Shown: piece by piece, positions 42,027 through 53,180 of the stretch
Numbering within the stretch: position 1 is the stretch's first letter
Layout: the number at the start of each line of letters is the position of its first letter
Source: an uncultured delta proteobacterium
GTDB lineage: Bacteria > Desulfobacterota > BSN033 > UBA1163
DNA length: 64,000 nt
Direction: 5' to 3'
Assembly: GCA_963708295.1 (NCBI GenBank)
Contig: CAVPSJ010000014.1
Coordinates: forward strand, 256,001-320,000
Program-made: the position numbers and the translations under genes
Notes under the pieces: generated by a model
What the model was told of the DNA's origin: nothing
Database searches by the model: none
Seen by the model: only the letters and a program-made list of their open reading frames with translations

Positions 42027-44396
42027 TTATGCTCGGCCCCTTGAAAAGGCGCGTTTTTGAGCGAGGGCGACCTTCAAGACTTCGTCCATGTGTTTGACCG
42101 GAATAAAGTTGATTTTCTTTCGGACGTAGAGGGGGAGATCGGCGAGGTCCTTCTTGTTCAGATAAGGGATGATCACATCTTTGACTTTGTTTCGGAGGGC
42201 GGCAAGGGCTTTTTCTTTCAAGCCTCCGACCGGAAGGACTCTCCCTCTCAGCGTGATCTCGCCCGTCATGGCAACATCTTTCCTCACAGGGATGCCCGTG
42301 AGCGTGGAGAAGATGGCAACCGCCATGGTAATGCCGGCAGAGGGTCCGTCTTTCGGGATGGCGCCCGCAGGAACGTGGATATGGATTTCTTTATTGTTGA
42401 GCGTATTGGGATGAATCCGGTAAGATTTCCCTTTCGATCGAGCATAAGTGAGCGCGGCCTGTGCCGACTCTTTCATCACGTCTCCCAGATGACCCGTCAG
42501 GATCAGCGATCCTTTGCCGGGAGTGGTGGAGGCCTCGATATGGAGGATTTCACCGCCTGTCTCCGTCCAAGCCAGACCCGTCGCCAGACCGACCTCATTG
42601 CGCTTCTGTTCCTCATCGGGCAAATAGGGAGGGGGACCGAGAAAGAAATGGATGTTCTTGGTGTTAATCTTGGTCTTCTCTTTCTTTCCTTCCGCCACCT
42701 TCCTGGCCACTTTTCTACAAACAGAAGCGAGTTCCCTCTCGAGGTTGCGGAGACCTGCCTCCTGAGTGTATTGCGAGATGATCAGAAGGATGGCTCCGTC
42801 AGAAATATCGAGCCACTTCGGGCTGATTCCGTTCTCTTCCATCTGCCGAGGGAGAAGGAAGGTTCGTGCAATCTTCAGTTTCTCCAGGTCGGTGTACCCG
42901 GGGAGATTGATCACCTCCATCCGATCTTTGAGGGCCGAGGGGATGGGATCGGTCAGATTGCCTGTGGTGATAAACATCACGCGGGAGAGGTCGAAGGGGA
43001 CGTTCAGATAGTGGTCGCTGAAGGCGTTGTTCTGCTCCGGGTCCAGAACCTCCAGCAGCGCGGAGGCTGGATCTCCCCGGAAGTCAACGCCTATCTTATC
43101 CACCTCATCCATCATGAATACCGGATTGTTGCTCCCGGCTTGCTTTATCGATTGGATGACCCGGCCTGGCAACGCACCCACGTAGGTCCGGCGGTGGCCG
43201 CGAATCTCAGCCTCATCTCTTATCCCCCCCAAAGAAATCCTTACAAATTTTCTTCCCAATGCTCTGGCGATGGACCTGCCGAGGGAGGTTTTTCCAACGC
43301 CGGGGGGCCCGATGAAGCAGAGGATCGGTCCCTTCAGCTTATTCTTCAGTTTGCGCACGCTCAGGTATTCCAGGATGCGTTCTTTCACTTTTTCTAAATT
43401 ATAATGGTCTTCATCCAAGACTTTTTTTGCCTGAAGAAGATCAAGGCTGTCCGTGGTGGTTTTTGACCAGGGCATGTCGATGAGCCAGTCCAGATAGGTG
43501 CGGACCATGGAGGCCTCGGCCGCATCCGGATGCATCTGTTCCAAGCGCTCCAGTTCCCGTCGGGCCTCCTTCTCTACCTCTTTAGGCATCTTTGCCTTTT
43601 TAATTTTCTGCTGGAGGGTTTTAAATTCGTCCGAGCGCTCATCCGCCTCACCCAGTTCGCTCCGAATCGCCCTCATCTGCTCCCGGAGAAAATACTCTCG
43701 CTGTGTTTTTGTAATCTCTTCTTTGGCCTGAGACTGAATCTTGGCCTGCATGGTGAGGACCTGGACCTCTTTTTCAAGGAGTTCATTCAGCGCCTTGAGT
43801 CTCTCCAGGGGGTCAAAGATTTCCAGGATCTCCTGAGCTTTCTCCACCGTCAGGTCCAGGTTGGAAGCGACCAGGTCAGCCAGCCTTCCCGGATCGTCCA
43901 CGCTTTCTAAGACAAACATCATGTCCGGGGAGAGGAGTTTGCCGTAGGAGACAATCCTTTCCAACTGTTCCCTTACGTTTCTCATCAGGGCTTCTGTCTC
44001 AAGAGTAATCTCCGTGATGAATGGATCTTTAATATTTTCCACCCTGACCAGGAGATACGGCGTGGTCTGGAGGATTTCTTTGATCGAGGCCTTGGAAAGG
44101 CCCTGGACAAGGATCTTGACCTTCCCATCGGGCAGCTTGAGCATTTTCATGACGGCGGCTACCGTGCCCACCTTGTAAAGGTCTTTAGGGGAAGGATCTT
44201 CCTCAGAAAGTTTTTTCTGAGCGACCAGGAAGATCAGCCGGTCCTTGGAGAGGGCTTCTTCCAAAGATTTGATCGATTTCTCCCGACTGACAAAAAGAGG
44301 AAGAACCATATAGGGGAAAACGACGACATCTCTGATCGGAAGCAGGGGCAGCGTTTCCGGAAGGGGGATCAGATCTTTGTCAGGTAGTTTTTTCAT
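42027..44396 (-). CDS. lon: ATP-dependent protease Lon
   Basis: Lon N domain, [29 protein letters not shown]. Confidence 0.98.
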   Translation of the reverse strand: MKKLPDKDLIPLPETLPLLPIRDVVVFPYMVLPLFVSREKSIKSLEEALSKDRLIFLVAQKKLSEEDPSPKDLYKVGTVAAVMKMLKLPDGKVKILVQGLSKASIKEILQTTPYLLVRVENIKDPFITEITLETEALMRNVREQLERIVSYGKLLSPDMMFVLESVDDPGRLADLVASNLDLTVEKAQEILEIFDPLERLKALNELLEKEVQVLTMQAKIQSQAKEEITKTQREYFLREQMRAIRSELGEADERSDEFKTLQQKIKKAKMPKEVEKEARRELERLEQMHPDAAEASMVRTYLDWLIDMPWSKTTTDSLDLLQAKKVLDEDHYNLEKVKERILEYLSVRKLKNKLKGPILCFIGPPGVGKTSLGRSIARALGRKFVRISLGGIRDEAEIRGHRRTYVGALPGRVIQSIKQAGSNNPVFMMDEVDKIGVDFRGDPASALLEVLDPEQNNAFSDHYLNVPFDLSRVMFITTGNLTDPIPSALKDRMEVINLPGYTDLEKLKIARTFLLPRQMEENGISPKWLDISDGAILLIISQYTQEAGLRNLERELASVCRKVARKVAEGKKEKTKINTKNIHFFLGPPPYLPDEEQKRNEVGLATGLAWTETGGEILHIEASTTPGKGSLILTGHLGDVMKESAQAALTYARSKGKSYRIHPNTLNNKEIHIHVPAGAIPKDGPSAGITMAVAIFSTLTGIPVRKDVAMTGEITLRGRVLPVGGLKEKALAALRNKVKDVIIPYLNKKDLADLPLYVRKKINFIPVKHMDEVLKVALAQKRAFSRGRA

Positions 44397-44868
44397 ATCG
44401 TTTCAAAATGGTATCAATAAGATTTGAGGTAGAAGCCTTTCCAACAAAGGGAATGATGACGACTTCTCCTCCTGACCTTTCGACGACCTCCCTTCCTACG
44501 ATCTGTTCCTTTGTCCAATCCCCTCCCTTGACAAGAACATCCGGATGGAGGGAAGTGATGAGTTTCAAAGGGTCCATCTCGCTGAAGAGGGTCACATAAT
44601 CCACACACCCGAGGCCTGAAAGAATCTCCGCCCTTTCTTCTTCGGGCAGAATGGGCCGGTGAGGTCCTTTCAGTTTCCGGACGGAGGTGTCGCTGTTGAC
44701 TCCCACGATCAAAACATCCCCCAGGACTTTGGCTTTTTCAAGGTAACGGACATGCCCGATGTGGAGAAGATCAAAGCAACCGTTTGTAAAGACAATCCGT
44801 TTTCCTTTTGCCTTCAGTTCTTTGATGATTCCGAGGAGCTTCTTTCTTTCCTTGATTTTTTGTTTCAT
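44380..44868 (-). CDS. rfaE2: Heptose 1-phosphate adenylyltransferase (RfaE domain II)
   Basis: [33 protein letters not shown]. Confidence 0.93.
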   Translation of the reverse strand: MKQKIKERKKLLGIIKELKAKGKRIVFTNGCFDLLHIGHVRYLEKAKVLGDVLIVGVNSDTSVRKLKGPHRPILPEEERAEILSGLGCVDYVTLFSEMDPLKLITSLHPDVLVKGGDWTKEQIVGREVVERSGGEVVIIPFVGKASTSNLIDTILKRYEKTT

Positions 44869-44985
44869 TCCGTGTCCCTTTCTATTTAAGTATCAGATTT
44901 GAACTTTAGAGTCAACCTCAAGCTGAACGGCATGCCTGAAAGGTGCCAATCTACTTCAACAGAGAGAAAATCCCCCAATTCAAAC

Positions 44986-45014
44986 TTGACAAACCTATTG
45001 GATTCATTTAGTTT
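44986..45014 (+). promoter_or_regulatory. sigma70-like promoter of maf, possibly leaderless
   Basis: TTGACA-N17-TAGTTT ending 7 nt before ATG 45022; no SD sequence. Confidence 0.55.
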
Positions 45015-45021
45015 TTAAAAA

Positions 45022-45627
45022 ATGAAGAACCGGCTGATCCTGGCCTCCGAGTCTCCCCGTCGATATGAATTGCTGAAACAAGTAGGTCTTGATTTCGAGG
45101 TGGTTCCAAGCAACGTTTCTGAGGATTTTGTTCAAGCGGAGTCCCCGCGAGATCATGTCATTCGATTGGCTGAAGCAAAAGCCAGAGAGGTGGCGAATCA
45201 GTATCCGGATGGCTGGGTGGTCGCTGCGGATACCATCGTTTGCATCAACGGGTCCATTTTAGGAAAACCGAAGGGTCGGGAAGAAGCCGTGGAGATGTTA
45301 CGCCGCCTCAGCGGCCGGGAGCATCGGGTATGGACTGGATTTTCTGTTTGCCATTCCGAAAGGGGAGAAAGCGACCAAGAGGTCGTCCAAACAGCGGTGA
45401 GAATGAAGCCCCTCACTTCAGCAGAGATCGAGTGGTATGTGCAGACGGGGGAGCCCCTTGACAAGGCCGGAGGGTACGCCATCCAGGGGATCGGTTCCTT
45501 CATGGTCGAATCGATCCAGGGATCCTATACCAACGTCGTTGGCCTTCCCCTTTGCGAGTTGATCCAGATGCTCACCCGTCTGGGAGCGATTACAATCTCG
45601 GAACGCGGATTGCGGATTGCGCCCTGA
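45022..45627 (+). CDS. maf: Maf-family nucleotide pyrophosphatase
   Basis: LILASESPRR, ADTIV, LGKP, DKAGGYAIQG, NVVGLP. Confidence 0.96.
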   Translation: MKNRLILASESPRRYELLKQVGLDFEVVPSNVSEDFVQAESPRDHVIRLAEAKAREVANQYPDGWVVAADTIVCINGSILGKPKGREEAVEMLRRLSGREHRVWTGFSVCHSERGESDQEVVQTAVRMKPLTSAEIEWYVQTGEPLDKAGGYAIQGIGSFMVESIQGSYTNVVGLPLCELIQMLTRLGAITISERGLRIAP

Positions 45628-45674
45628 ACCATGCGAGGGTTCGGGCTGGCCCTGCACCCGACGTGGTGCAGGGC
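45620..45674. repeat. Tandem GC-rich hairpins at the maf stop
   Basis: GCCCTGAACC...GGTTCGGGC and GCCCTGCACC...GGTGCAGGGC. Confidence 0.55.
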
Positions 45675-45745
45675 GGATTGCAGAATAAGGAGAAGGTCAT
45701 CTAGTCATTCAATGACCCAATGACCTCATGACTCAATGGCTTAAT

Positions 45746-46426
45746 ATGTTAACAATCAAAGAAAATCTTTTGAAGGTAAGGGAAAGAATAGAGAGGGCGG
45801 CTCAAAAAGCAGGAAGGGACCCGAAGGGGATCAGGCTGGTTGCCGTCTCGAAGACGGTCGAAGTGGCCCGAATCAAGGAGGCGATCGAGGCAGGCGTCTC
45901 TATCCTGGGCGAAAATTATGTCCAGGAGGCACAGAAGAAAATTGACGACATCGGGAAGCCTGTCTCCTGGCATTTCATCGGCCACCTTCAATCGAATAAG
46001 GCGAAATATGCCGTTCGCCTTTTCGAGATGTTACACTCCGTCGACAGCATTCCACTGGCAGAAGAATTGAATCGGAGAGCGGAGCAAGAAGGTCGAGTGA
46101 TCAAGGTGATGGTCGAAGTGAATCTTTCCAGGGAGGCCACGAAATTTGGAACCGATGAGGAGAGGGTGTCGAACCTCGCCCGAAGGATTCGAGACCTTAA
46201 GTATCTCTCTTTGGAAGGTCTGATGACCATGCCGCCTTATTTCGATCCGCCGGAATTGGGTCGGCCCTATTATACGGCGCTTCGAGAGCTAAAGGAAAAG
46301 ATGATCAAAGAAGGGATTCCGATGAAAGAGCTCTCCATGGGGATGTCCAATGACTTTGAGATCGCCGTCGAGGAAGGAGCCACCTACGTTCGTATCGGGA
46401 CAGCGATCTTTGGACCACGTCAATAA
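45746..46426 (+). CDS. yggS: YggS-family PLP homeostasis protein
   Basis: LVAVSK, GENYVQE, WHFIGHLQSNK, GLMTM, LSMGMS, VRIGTAIFG. Confidence 0.96.
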   Translation: MLTIKENLLKVRERIERAAQKAGRDPKGIRLVAVSKTVEVARIKEAIEAGVSILGENYVQEAQKKIDDIGKPVSWHFIGHLQSNKAKYAVRLFEMLHSVDSIPLAEELNRRAEQEGRVIKVMVEVNLSREATKFGTDEERVSNLARRIRDLKYLSLEGLMTMPPYFDPPELGRPYYTALRELKEKMIKEGIPMKELSMGMSNDFEIAVEEGATYVRIGTAIFGPRQ

Positions 46427-46431
46427 GAGTT

Positions 46432-46722
46432 AAATTCGAAACACGAAATCAGGGCGAAGCATCCCGAAGGGATCAATTCGAAACAAAGGTGTTAAATCCT
46501 AAGCTCGAAATCCTAAACTCTAAACAAACGCAAATGTCCAAAGTAAAAAACTCAATCCCGTGTGAATTAGAGAAATTCGATTCGATGGTTGAGAAGTCAG
46601 AATTACCTTTTGAATTTTATATTTTGGATTTGTTTAGGGTTTAGAATTTAGTGTTTAGAGTTTAAACAACTTCGGATTGGTCCGAGGCGGACGCTTCGCC
46701 CGATATTCGGATTTCGGATTTT
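46432..46722. repeat. Nested heptamer-repeat palindrome (~290 bp)
   Basis: AAATTCGAAACACGAAATC / GATATTCGGATTTCGGATTT outer arms; GGGCGAAGCATCC / GGACGCTTCGCCC; CTAAACTCTAAACAAA / TTTGTTTAGGGTTTAG inner arms. Confidence 0.7.
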
Positions 46723-46752
46723 CTGGTCACCATGCTTGAATAGGAGCCGCTG

Positions 46753-47787
46753 TTGAAAAATAGGTTATGGATACTTCTATGGATCATGCCTATCCTGGTG
46801 GTGGGTTGTGCCAAGAAAGGAGACCCGGTGCCCTGGGGTTCGATTGTTCCCAAGAGAATTGTCGACCTTGTCGCGACTCCCAGAGAAGGTCGCCTCCTTT
46901 TGGAATGGACCATCCCAAAGGAAAATACGGACAAAACACCTCTTACCGATTTAGTCGAATTCAAGATTTTAAGGTCGGAGGGAGCCCTCGTCGGAGAGGC
47001 ATGCACGGGATGCGGAGAAAAGCCGAAGGTCGTCCATGAGATGAAGTTGACCAAGGAAAGCACGGCCCCGGGCAAGAAAGTAGCGGTCTTCTTCGACGAT
47101 CAGGAGCCCGCAAGGGTCTATGTTTACGAGGTCGTTTCAGTCAATCATAGGGGAGACCCCAGTGCTCCCTCCAATCCGGTAACGGTCTATTGGGATCATC
47201 CCCCCCAGGCACCCGGGATGGCAGCGACGGAACGCGGGGATAAGAGAGTGGAACTCTCGTGGAACGCCGTGGAGGGCGCCACAGGCTACAATGTTTATAG
47301 GAGAGCCGAGGAAGACAAGGAGTTTCCACTCAGTCCATTGAACAGGGAGCCGCTGGCGGTAACCCAGTATACCGATCTGAGCGTGCAGAATGATGTCAAA
47401 TATATTTATTCGGTGAGGTCGGTGAAGAGGGTTGTCAAAACCGACGTGGAAGGGAAGGGATCTCCGGATATCCCCGCAACTCCCGCCAAGCTCACTCCTC
47501 CCAGCGCTCCTGTTGGGTTGACAGCCATTCCCGTTAAAGAGGGAATGGAGTTAAATTGGAAGGCAAACGCGGAGCCCGACCTCCTCGGGTATTATGTCTA
47601 TCGACGGAAATCCGGAGAGGAGGAGTTTAAAAGATTGAATGAGAGTCCCGTGACGAAAGCGGCGTATCTTGATACCGATGTCGCTTTAGACCAGGAATAT
47701 GAGTATGCGGTCACGGCGGCGGATAATTCTCCCAGAAGGAATGAAAGCCCCCGCTCCGAAGAGGTGAGGGTGAAATATCTCTACTAA
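46753..47787 (+). CDS. Lipoprotein with fibronectin type III repeats
   Basis: Lipobox VVGC-AKKGDP, repeated LxW...GYNVYR...Y.Y.V.A FnIII pattern. Confidence 0.85.
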   Translation: MKNRLWILLWIMPILVVGCAKKGDPVPWGSIVPKRIVDLVATPREGRLLLEWTIPKENTDKTPLTDLVEFKILRSEGALVGEACTGCGEKPKVVHEMKLTKESTAPGKKVAVFFDDQEPARVYVYEVVSVNHRGDPSAPSNPVTVYWDHPPQAPGMAATERGDKRVELSWNAVEGATGYNVYRRAEEDKEFPLSPLNREPLAVTQYTDLSVQNDVKYIYSVRSVKRVVKTDVEGKGSPDIPATPAKLTPPSAPVGLTAIPVKEGMELNWKANAEPDLLGYYVYRRKSGEEEFKRLNESPVTKAAYLDTDVALDQEYEYAVTAADNSPRRNESPRSEEVRVKYLY

Positions 47788-47925
47788 TCGCGGGTGACTA
47801 ATGGCTTATTGCTAATGGCAGATAGCCGAGAGCTCAAGGTTCGAAGCTCAAAGCTGAGAAGAAACGTAATTATTTTTTTAATGACCTAATGACTCAATGA
47901 CTTGATGACCGGATTTGGAGGAGCG

Positions 47926-49242
47926 ATGCGTTTTTTCGAATACAAAGATCACCAGCTTCAATGCGAGGAGATTCCCATTCAGCAGGTGGCTGAAAAAGTG
48001 GGGACTCCTTTCTACCTTTACAGCTATCACACCCTGGTGAGACACTTCACCGTCTTCGACGAGGCCTTCAAAGGGATTCCTCATCTCGTCTGTTATTCGG
48101 CCAAGGCCAATTCCAACCTGGCCCTTCTCCGCCTCTTCTCGAACCTGGGGGGGGGAGTGGATGTGGTCTCCGGAGGCGAGCTCTACCGGGCGATCAAAGG
48201 TGGGGCGGTCCCGCAAAAAATTGTCTATTCTGGGGTCGGAAAAAGAGAGGATGAGATTGAATATGCCTTGAAAACGGGCATCCTCATGTTCAACGTGGAG
48301 TCTTTACAGGAACTCCAGGCGATCAACGAAGTGGCGGGCCGAATCGGGAAGAAAGCGGCGATCGCCATCCGGGTCAATCCTGACATCGACGCCAAGACTC
48401 ATCCTTATATTTCCACCGGGTTGAAACAGAATAAATTCGGGATTGACATCCTTCGCGCGCCGTTGGCTTACCGTACGGCCGCTCAATTGCCTCATCTGAA
48501 AATCATCGGGATTGATTGTCATATCGGGTCTCAATTGATCGAGGTGGAGCCCATTATCGAGGCGCTGAAGAAACTCAAGCAATTGGTTGAAACCCTGAGA
48601 AGAGAAGGAATTGAGATCCAGTATTTGGACCTGGGAGGCGGCCTGGGGATTACGTATGAGGATGAAGAGCCCCCCCATCCCGTGGAATACGCCTCCAGCA
48701 TTCTCGATGAGGTTCGGGGATTCGGCTGTACCCTCATCTTGGAGCCGGGTCGCGTCATTGTTGGGAATGCAGGGGTCCTGGTCTCAAAGGTTCTCTATGT
48801 CAAAGAGAATGAGGAAAAGCGGTTTGTGATCGTGGATGCCGGGATGAACGATCTCGTCCGGCCCAGCTATTACGGTTCCTATCACCAGATTCTGCCCGTG
48901 AGGGAGGAGAGCAGGGAGGAGGTTTTGGCGGACGTGGTGGGGCCCATCTGTGAGTCGAGCGACTTTTTGGCAAAAGGCCGGAAGATCCAAAGTCTTCGTT
49001 CCGGTGAACTGATTGCCGTCATGAGCGCGGGTGCTTACGGGTTCTCCATGTCCACGAACTATAATTCCAGACCCAGGATTCCCGAGGTTCTGGTCCGGGA
49101 TGACCAGATGTTTGTGATCCGTCAGAGAGAAGGTTATGAGGACCTCATCCGGGGGGAAGAGATACCGGAGTTTCTTGCTAGAAACAATTCGCAAAATTCG
49201 AAGTTCGAAATATTCGAATGCAATGTCCGAACTTGGAAATAA
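47926..49242 (+). CDS. lysA: Diaminopimelate decarboxylase
   Basis: YSAKAN, DVVSGGE, KFG, HIGSQ, DLGGG, EPGR, GPICES, GAYG. Confidence 0.97.
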   Translation: MRFFEYKDHQLQCEEIPIQQVAEKVGTPFYLYSYHTLVRHFTVFDEAFKGIPHLVCYSAKANSNLALLRLFSNLGGGVDVVSGGELYRAIKGGAVPQKIVYSGVGKREDEIEYALKTGILMFNVESLQELQAINEVAGRIGKKAAIAIRVNPDIDAKTHPYISTGLKQNKFGIDILRAPLAYRTAAQLPHLKIIGIDCHIGSQLIEVEPIIEALKKLKQLVETLRREGIEIQYLDLGGGLGITYEDEEPPHPVEYASSILDEVRGFGCTLILEPGRVIVGNAGVLVSKVLYVKENEEKRFVIVDAGMNDLVRPSYYGSYHQILPVREESREEVLADVVGPICESSDFLAKGRKIQSLRSGELIAVMSAGAYGFSMSTNYNSRPRIPEVLVRDDQMFVIRQREGYEDLIRGEEIPEFLARNNSQNSKFEIFECNVRTWK

Positions 49243-49449
49243 CAATAAGTAACAAATGAGCGGATTGAACAGACTTCTAAATCCCTCGCCACCTCACTTT
49301 ACAGGGACGTGAAACACTCTTGCAAGGGGATTAGATGTCTTTCAAATACTAAAGTGTTTCAACAATGAATCAGGCTTAGATCATTGCGAATTTGACATTT
49401 GGCATTTGTCAACTTTGAACTTGTTTCGGATTTAGAACCGGAGGCATCC

Positions 49450-50272
49450 ATGAAGATTCCTTTTACGAAGATGAGCGGGAGCGGAAACGACTTCATTCTC
49501 ATCGATCATCGGGACCACTTCCTCGAAGAAGATCGTTTGAAGGACTTTATTCGAAAAGTCTGTCAGAGAAGGATTTCCGTGGGAGCGGATGGCCTTATCC
49601 TGATCGAGCGGTCTCAGAAGGCCGATTTCAAGTGGCGCTTTTATAATGCCGATGGAAGCGAAGCAGAGATGTGCGGCAATGGAGGCCGGTGTGTCGCCCG
49701 GTTTGCCCATTTGAAGGGGATTGCAGGGCCTTCCCTCTCTTTTGAGACGCTGGCCGGGACGATCTCCGCCCAGGTGAACGGTCAAAGAGTGAAGCTCCAG
49801 CTGACAAAGCCTCATGGCCTCAAACTGGATCAGAAGATCCCGGTCGAAGGAGAGGAGCGGATCGTCTCTGTCATCAACACGGGCGTTCCCCATGCCGTCC
49901 TTTTTGTGGAAGACCTCGAAGGAACCGACGTCGTCCGGATGGGAAGGGCGATCCGCCGCCACGCCAATTTTACGCCTGCGGGGACCAATGCAAATTTTGT
50001 CCGCCTGGAGGGTCCTTCCCGGCTGTCGATACGGACCTATGAGCGGGGGGTCGAGGACGAGACCTTAGCCTGCGGCACGGGCGTGGTGGCCGCGGCCCTG
50101 GTGGCAGCCTTTAAGGGGTTCGTCAAATCCCCTGTCTCGGTCAGGACCCGGGGAGGTGAGATCCTGACCGTCCATTTCGAGATCGGGAACGGACGAGGTG
50201 AAGAAGGTTTTCTTTGAAGGAGATGTCCACATCATCTACGAAGCTGAGATGTGGGAGGAGGCGTATCAATGA
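49450..50272 (+). CDS. dapF: Diaminopimelate epimerase (frameshift near 50190)
   Basis: KMSGSGNDF, GADG, EMCGNG.RC, TGVPH, ERGVEDETLACGTG; restored frame ends in ATGA overlap with dapB. Confidence 0.95.
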
Positions 50273-51084
50273 AAGAGATCAAGGCCATTGTCATTGGCGC
50301 AGCCGGGAAGATGGGAAGCCGGATCATCCACATCATTAAAGAAACCCCGTCGATGAGAGTCCATCGGGCCATTGAAAGGCCTGACCATCCGTTGATCGGA
50401 AAGGATATTGGAGAAATCATCGGATTGGGGAGAATGGACATCCGTCTGGAAGGAGGATTGAAAGGGAAGGGGGGAGACGTCATCATCAACTTCACCAGCC
50501 CCCAGGCATCGTTGGAGAGCTTGGAGTTTGCGGAGGAGGCCGGCCTGGCGGTGGTCATCGGCACGACCGGTTTGAGCCCCGAGCAGATTGAAAGAGTCAA
50601 GGATCTTTCAAAAAGCGTCCGGTGTGTCTTCTCGCCCAACATGAGTGTCGGAGTGAATGTGATGTTCAGGATCGTCCAGGAAGTTGCCCGGGTTCTCGGT
50701 CCGGATTATGACATCGAGATTGTCGAGGCCCATCACCGCCTGAAAAAAGATTCACCCAGCGGAACAGCAGTCAAACTGGGAGAGCTGATCGCCAAGGCCG
50801 TCGGACGGGATTTTGGCAAGGTGGGCGTCTACGGCAGAAAAGGGATGGTGGGCGAGAGGACAAAAGACGAGATCGGGATGCAGGTGATCCGGGCTGGAGA
50901 CATCGTGGGAGAACACACGGTCCTCTTCGGAGGAATCGGCGAGAGGCTGGAGATCATCCATCGTGCTCACAGCCGGGACAACTTCGCCCGCGGTGCAGTC
51001 AGGGCGGCGTTCTGGGTGGTGAATCAACCGAACGGCCTTTACGATATGCAGGATGTGCTGGGACTCAGAGAAAGGGAAAAATAG
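50269..51084 (+). CDS. dapB: 4-hydroxy-tetrahydrodipicolinate reductase
   Basis: GAAGKMG, IGTTG, PNMSVG, EAHHRLKKDSPSGTA, GEHTV. Confidence 0.97.
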   Translation: MKEIKAIVIGAAGKMGSRIIHIIKETPSMRVHRAIERPDHPLIGKDIGEIIGLGRMDIRLEGGLKGKGGDVIINFTSPQASLESLEFAEEAGLAVVIGTTGLSPEQIERVKDLSKSVRCVFSPNMSVGVNVMFRIVQEVARVLGPDYDIEIVEAHHRLKKDSPSGTAVKLGELIAKAVGRDFGKVGVYGRKGMVGERTKDEIGMQVIRAGDIVGEHTVLFGGIGERLEIIHRAHSRDNFARGAVRAAFWVVNQPNGLYDMQDVLGLREREK

Positions 51085-51469
51085 TCCACACTGATCACGA
51101 CGTAAATCTTGCGCTTTCCCGCAATCTTATTCGGGAACAATCCACTAGGCCTGTCCGTTTTTTTGAAGTCGTCTACCGATTGGAAAAGAACTCTTCTTGT
51201 CTGTTCCTTTTACGGCATTCCCCGTTAAAATAGCGCGCTTTTGACCTCAGAATACAAATTTACCCCTATTCCGCAAACACACCTTTTTCGGTATCGTGAA
51301 AAAGGCCTGGATAAGAAGCCATGATCGTGTCTTCTTAGCACCCTTCGGATTCCAAAGCCTTGAGTGCTAAACTCTGGCTCTTTTGATCGCCCTGGAAGCA
51401 ACGATCAGAATCTGGTCATCGGTCACAGGCCGCCGAATCTCCGCAAGGGTTTGAACTTCAACCTTTGTG

Positions 51470-52732
51470 CTATCTTCGTTCCACAATGGTGCATATGCCG
51501 AGCCCGCCGCCGCCACAGATGGTCAGCAGGCCGTATCTCACGCGCCTTCGCACCATCTCATGCACCAGGGTGACCAATCTCATGACACCCGTCGCCCCGA
51601 TCGGATGGCCGAGAGAGATGCCCGAGCCGTTGACATTCACCTTCGTCTCAAGGTCTTGAGGCTTCAGGCCCATCAGTTTCGCATCGGCCAGGGTTTGGAC
51701 AGCGAAGGCCTCTTGAATCTCGATCAAGTCCATCTGGTCAATGGTGAGGCCGGCCCTCTTGAGAGCTTTGCTTACCGCAATCGGTACAGCCGGATAAGTG
51801 AGAGTGGGATCCGCCCCGCCGATGCCGAACGATTTGATATAGGCCAACGGCTTGAGACCGTGCTGACTTGCTTTTTCCAGTGTCATCAGGACGATCGCTG
51901 CCGCCCCGTCGTTCTCGCTCGACGAGTTGCCTGCGGTACATACGCCACCCGCATAAACAGGTTTTAGTTTAGCCAGCTGTTCCAGTGTTGTCTCACGACG
52001 GGGGGTCTCATCTATACTGAAGAGATCTTCCCCGCCTTTCCCGGGAACGGGCACAGGAACAATCTCCTCCTTGAATTTTCCCGAATCCATGGCGGCAATC
52101 GCTTTCTGATGGGAACGGATCGACCATTGATCCGCTTCGGACCGACTGATGTTTTCGTTCTTTGCAGCTGTTTCTGCCCAGGTCATCATAGAGTTGAGCT
52201 CGCCAAAACGCTCGATCGGTTGATGCATGGGCCGGCCGCGCTGTATCCTATCGTAGAGGGGAATCCCCCACAAATTCAGGCTTCCGTGCTGTCTCGGGAA
52301 AAATCCCCACTTGGGATCTGTTTTGCCCCCGACCCCCCACTTGAGGAACTCGCCGGGAATATAGAACTCTGCACGGCTCATGCTGTCTGCCCCGGCGGAA
52401 ACGACGACCTCCGCATATTCAGCCTGTATTTCCATGGCCGCGGTCCACAGGGAGGCGACTCCGCCGCAACAACGCCTGTCAACCGTCATACCCGGAACCT
52501 CAACCGGCCAGCCTGCCTTGAGCAGAGCCAGCCGTGCAAGGTTGGGCGATTCACCTCCGGCGTAGGCCTGCGATAAAACGACATCATCGACCTCTATCGG
52601 CTTAACGTTTGAAAGCTTCACGACCTCATTCAGAACCGTGGCCGCGAGTTTCTCTACCGGTACTTCGCGCATTGTTCCGCAGTAAGCTCCGATGGGTGTT
52701 CGTACGCCTGCAGTGATGACGACTTCCTTCAT
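51470..52732 (-). CDS. Acetyl-CoA C-acyltransferase (thiolase)
   Basis: VRTPIG, DRRCCGG, TAGNSS..NDGA, EAFA, GHPIGATG, ICGGGGLG. Confidence 0.94.
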   Translation of the reverse strand: MKEVVITAGVRTPIGAYCGTMREVPVEKLAATVLNEVVKLSNVKPIEVDDVVLSQAYAGGESPNLARLALLKAGWPVEVPGMTVDRRCCGGVASLWTAAMEIQAEYAEVVVSAGADSMSRAEFYIPGEFLKWGVGGKTDPKWGFFPRQHGSLNLWGIPLYDRIQRGRPMHQPIERFGELNSMMTWAETAAKNENISRSEADQWSIRSHQKAIAAMDSGKFKEEIVPVPVPGKGGEDLFSIDETPRRETTLEQLAKLKPVYAGGVCTAGNSSSENDGAAAIVLMTLEKASQHGLKPLAYIKSFGIGGADPTLTYPAVPIAVSKALKRAGLTIDQMDLIEIQEAFAVQTLADAKLMGLKPQDLETKVNVNGSGISLGHPIGATGVMRLVTLVHEMVRRRVRYGLLTICGGGGLGICTIVERR

Positions 52733-52876
52733 TAGGATACCCTCCTTCTCAGCGTTAGATGATTTAAATAAGTCTCAGGGGACTCCCGATTTAAGATCCC
52801 CGTGCTTCCCGTGACGTGCAAAATGACTGATTGATATATACACAATTTAAGGAATTTGTTCAATCAGAACTTTCGT

Positions 52877-53092
52877 CTTGCCACCCCAGTTATTCTTCTG
52901 GTCACAGGATGGTTATCGATAACCCCCCTTCATCCCCCCTTAAATTAAGGGGGGAATAGAGGGGGGTTAGTTTGGCTGCATGAGCATCAACGAGGGAGAG
53001 TGGGATTGAATGTCATTAAGAGCCTTGATCTCGATTACCTCAACGCGGGCCTTGTGAAGCCTCGGAGGGGATTTACCCTGGTGGCGGGAAAG
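52877..53092. repeat. Family B palindromic element, copy 2, with an inserted hairpin and 10-bp flanking direct repeats
   Basis: 52971-53095 homologous to 8768-8892; GAACTTTCGT at 52867-52876 and 53093-53102; hairpin AACCCCCCT..CCCCCCTTAAATTAAGGGGGG..AGGGGGGTT at 52921-52968. Confidence 0.65.
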
Positions 53093-53180
53093 GAACTTTC
53101 GTTAAGTCAAGAAATAAGGTGCATTCACCCGGGCATATCTCACAAGGAGATTTGAAGTGGCTGGTTCTCGAAGGGTTTCT

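Noticed and set aside
37205-43397. Long plus-strand ORFs (37205-37900, 37991-38731, 42057-43397)
   Set aside because: Antisense shadows of dnaK and lon with no motifs
51335-51370. CIRCE-like TTAGCACCC...GAGTGCTAA
   Set aside because: Spacer is 18 nt rather than 9 and it lies between convergent gene ends
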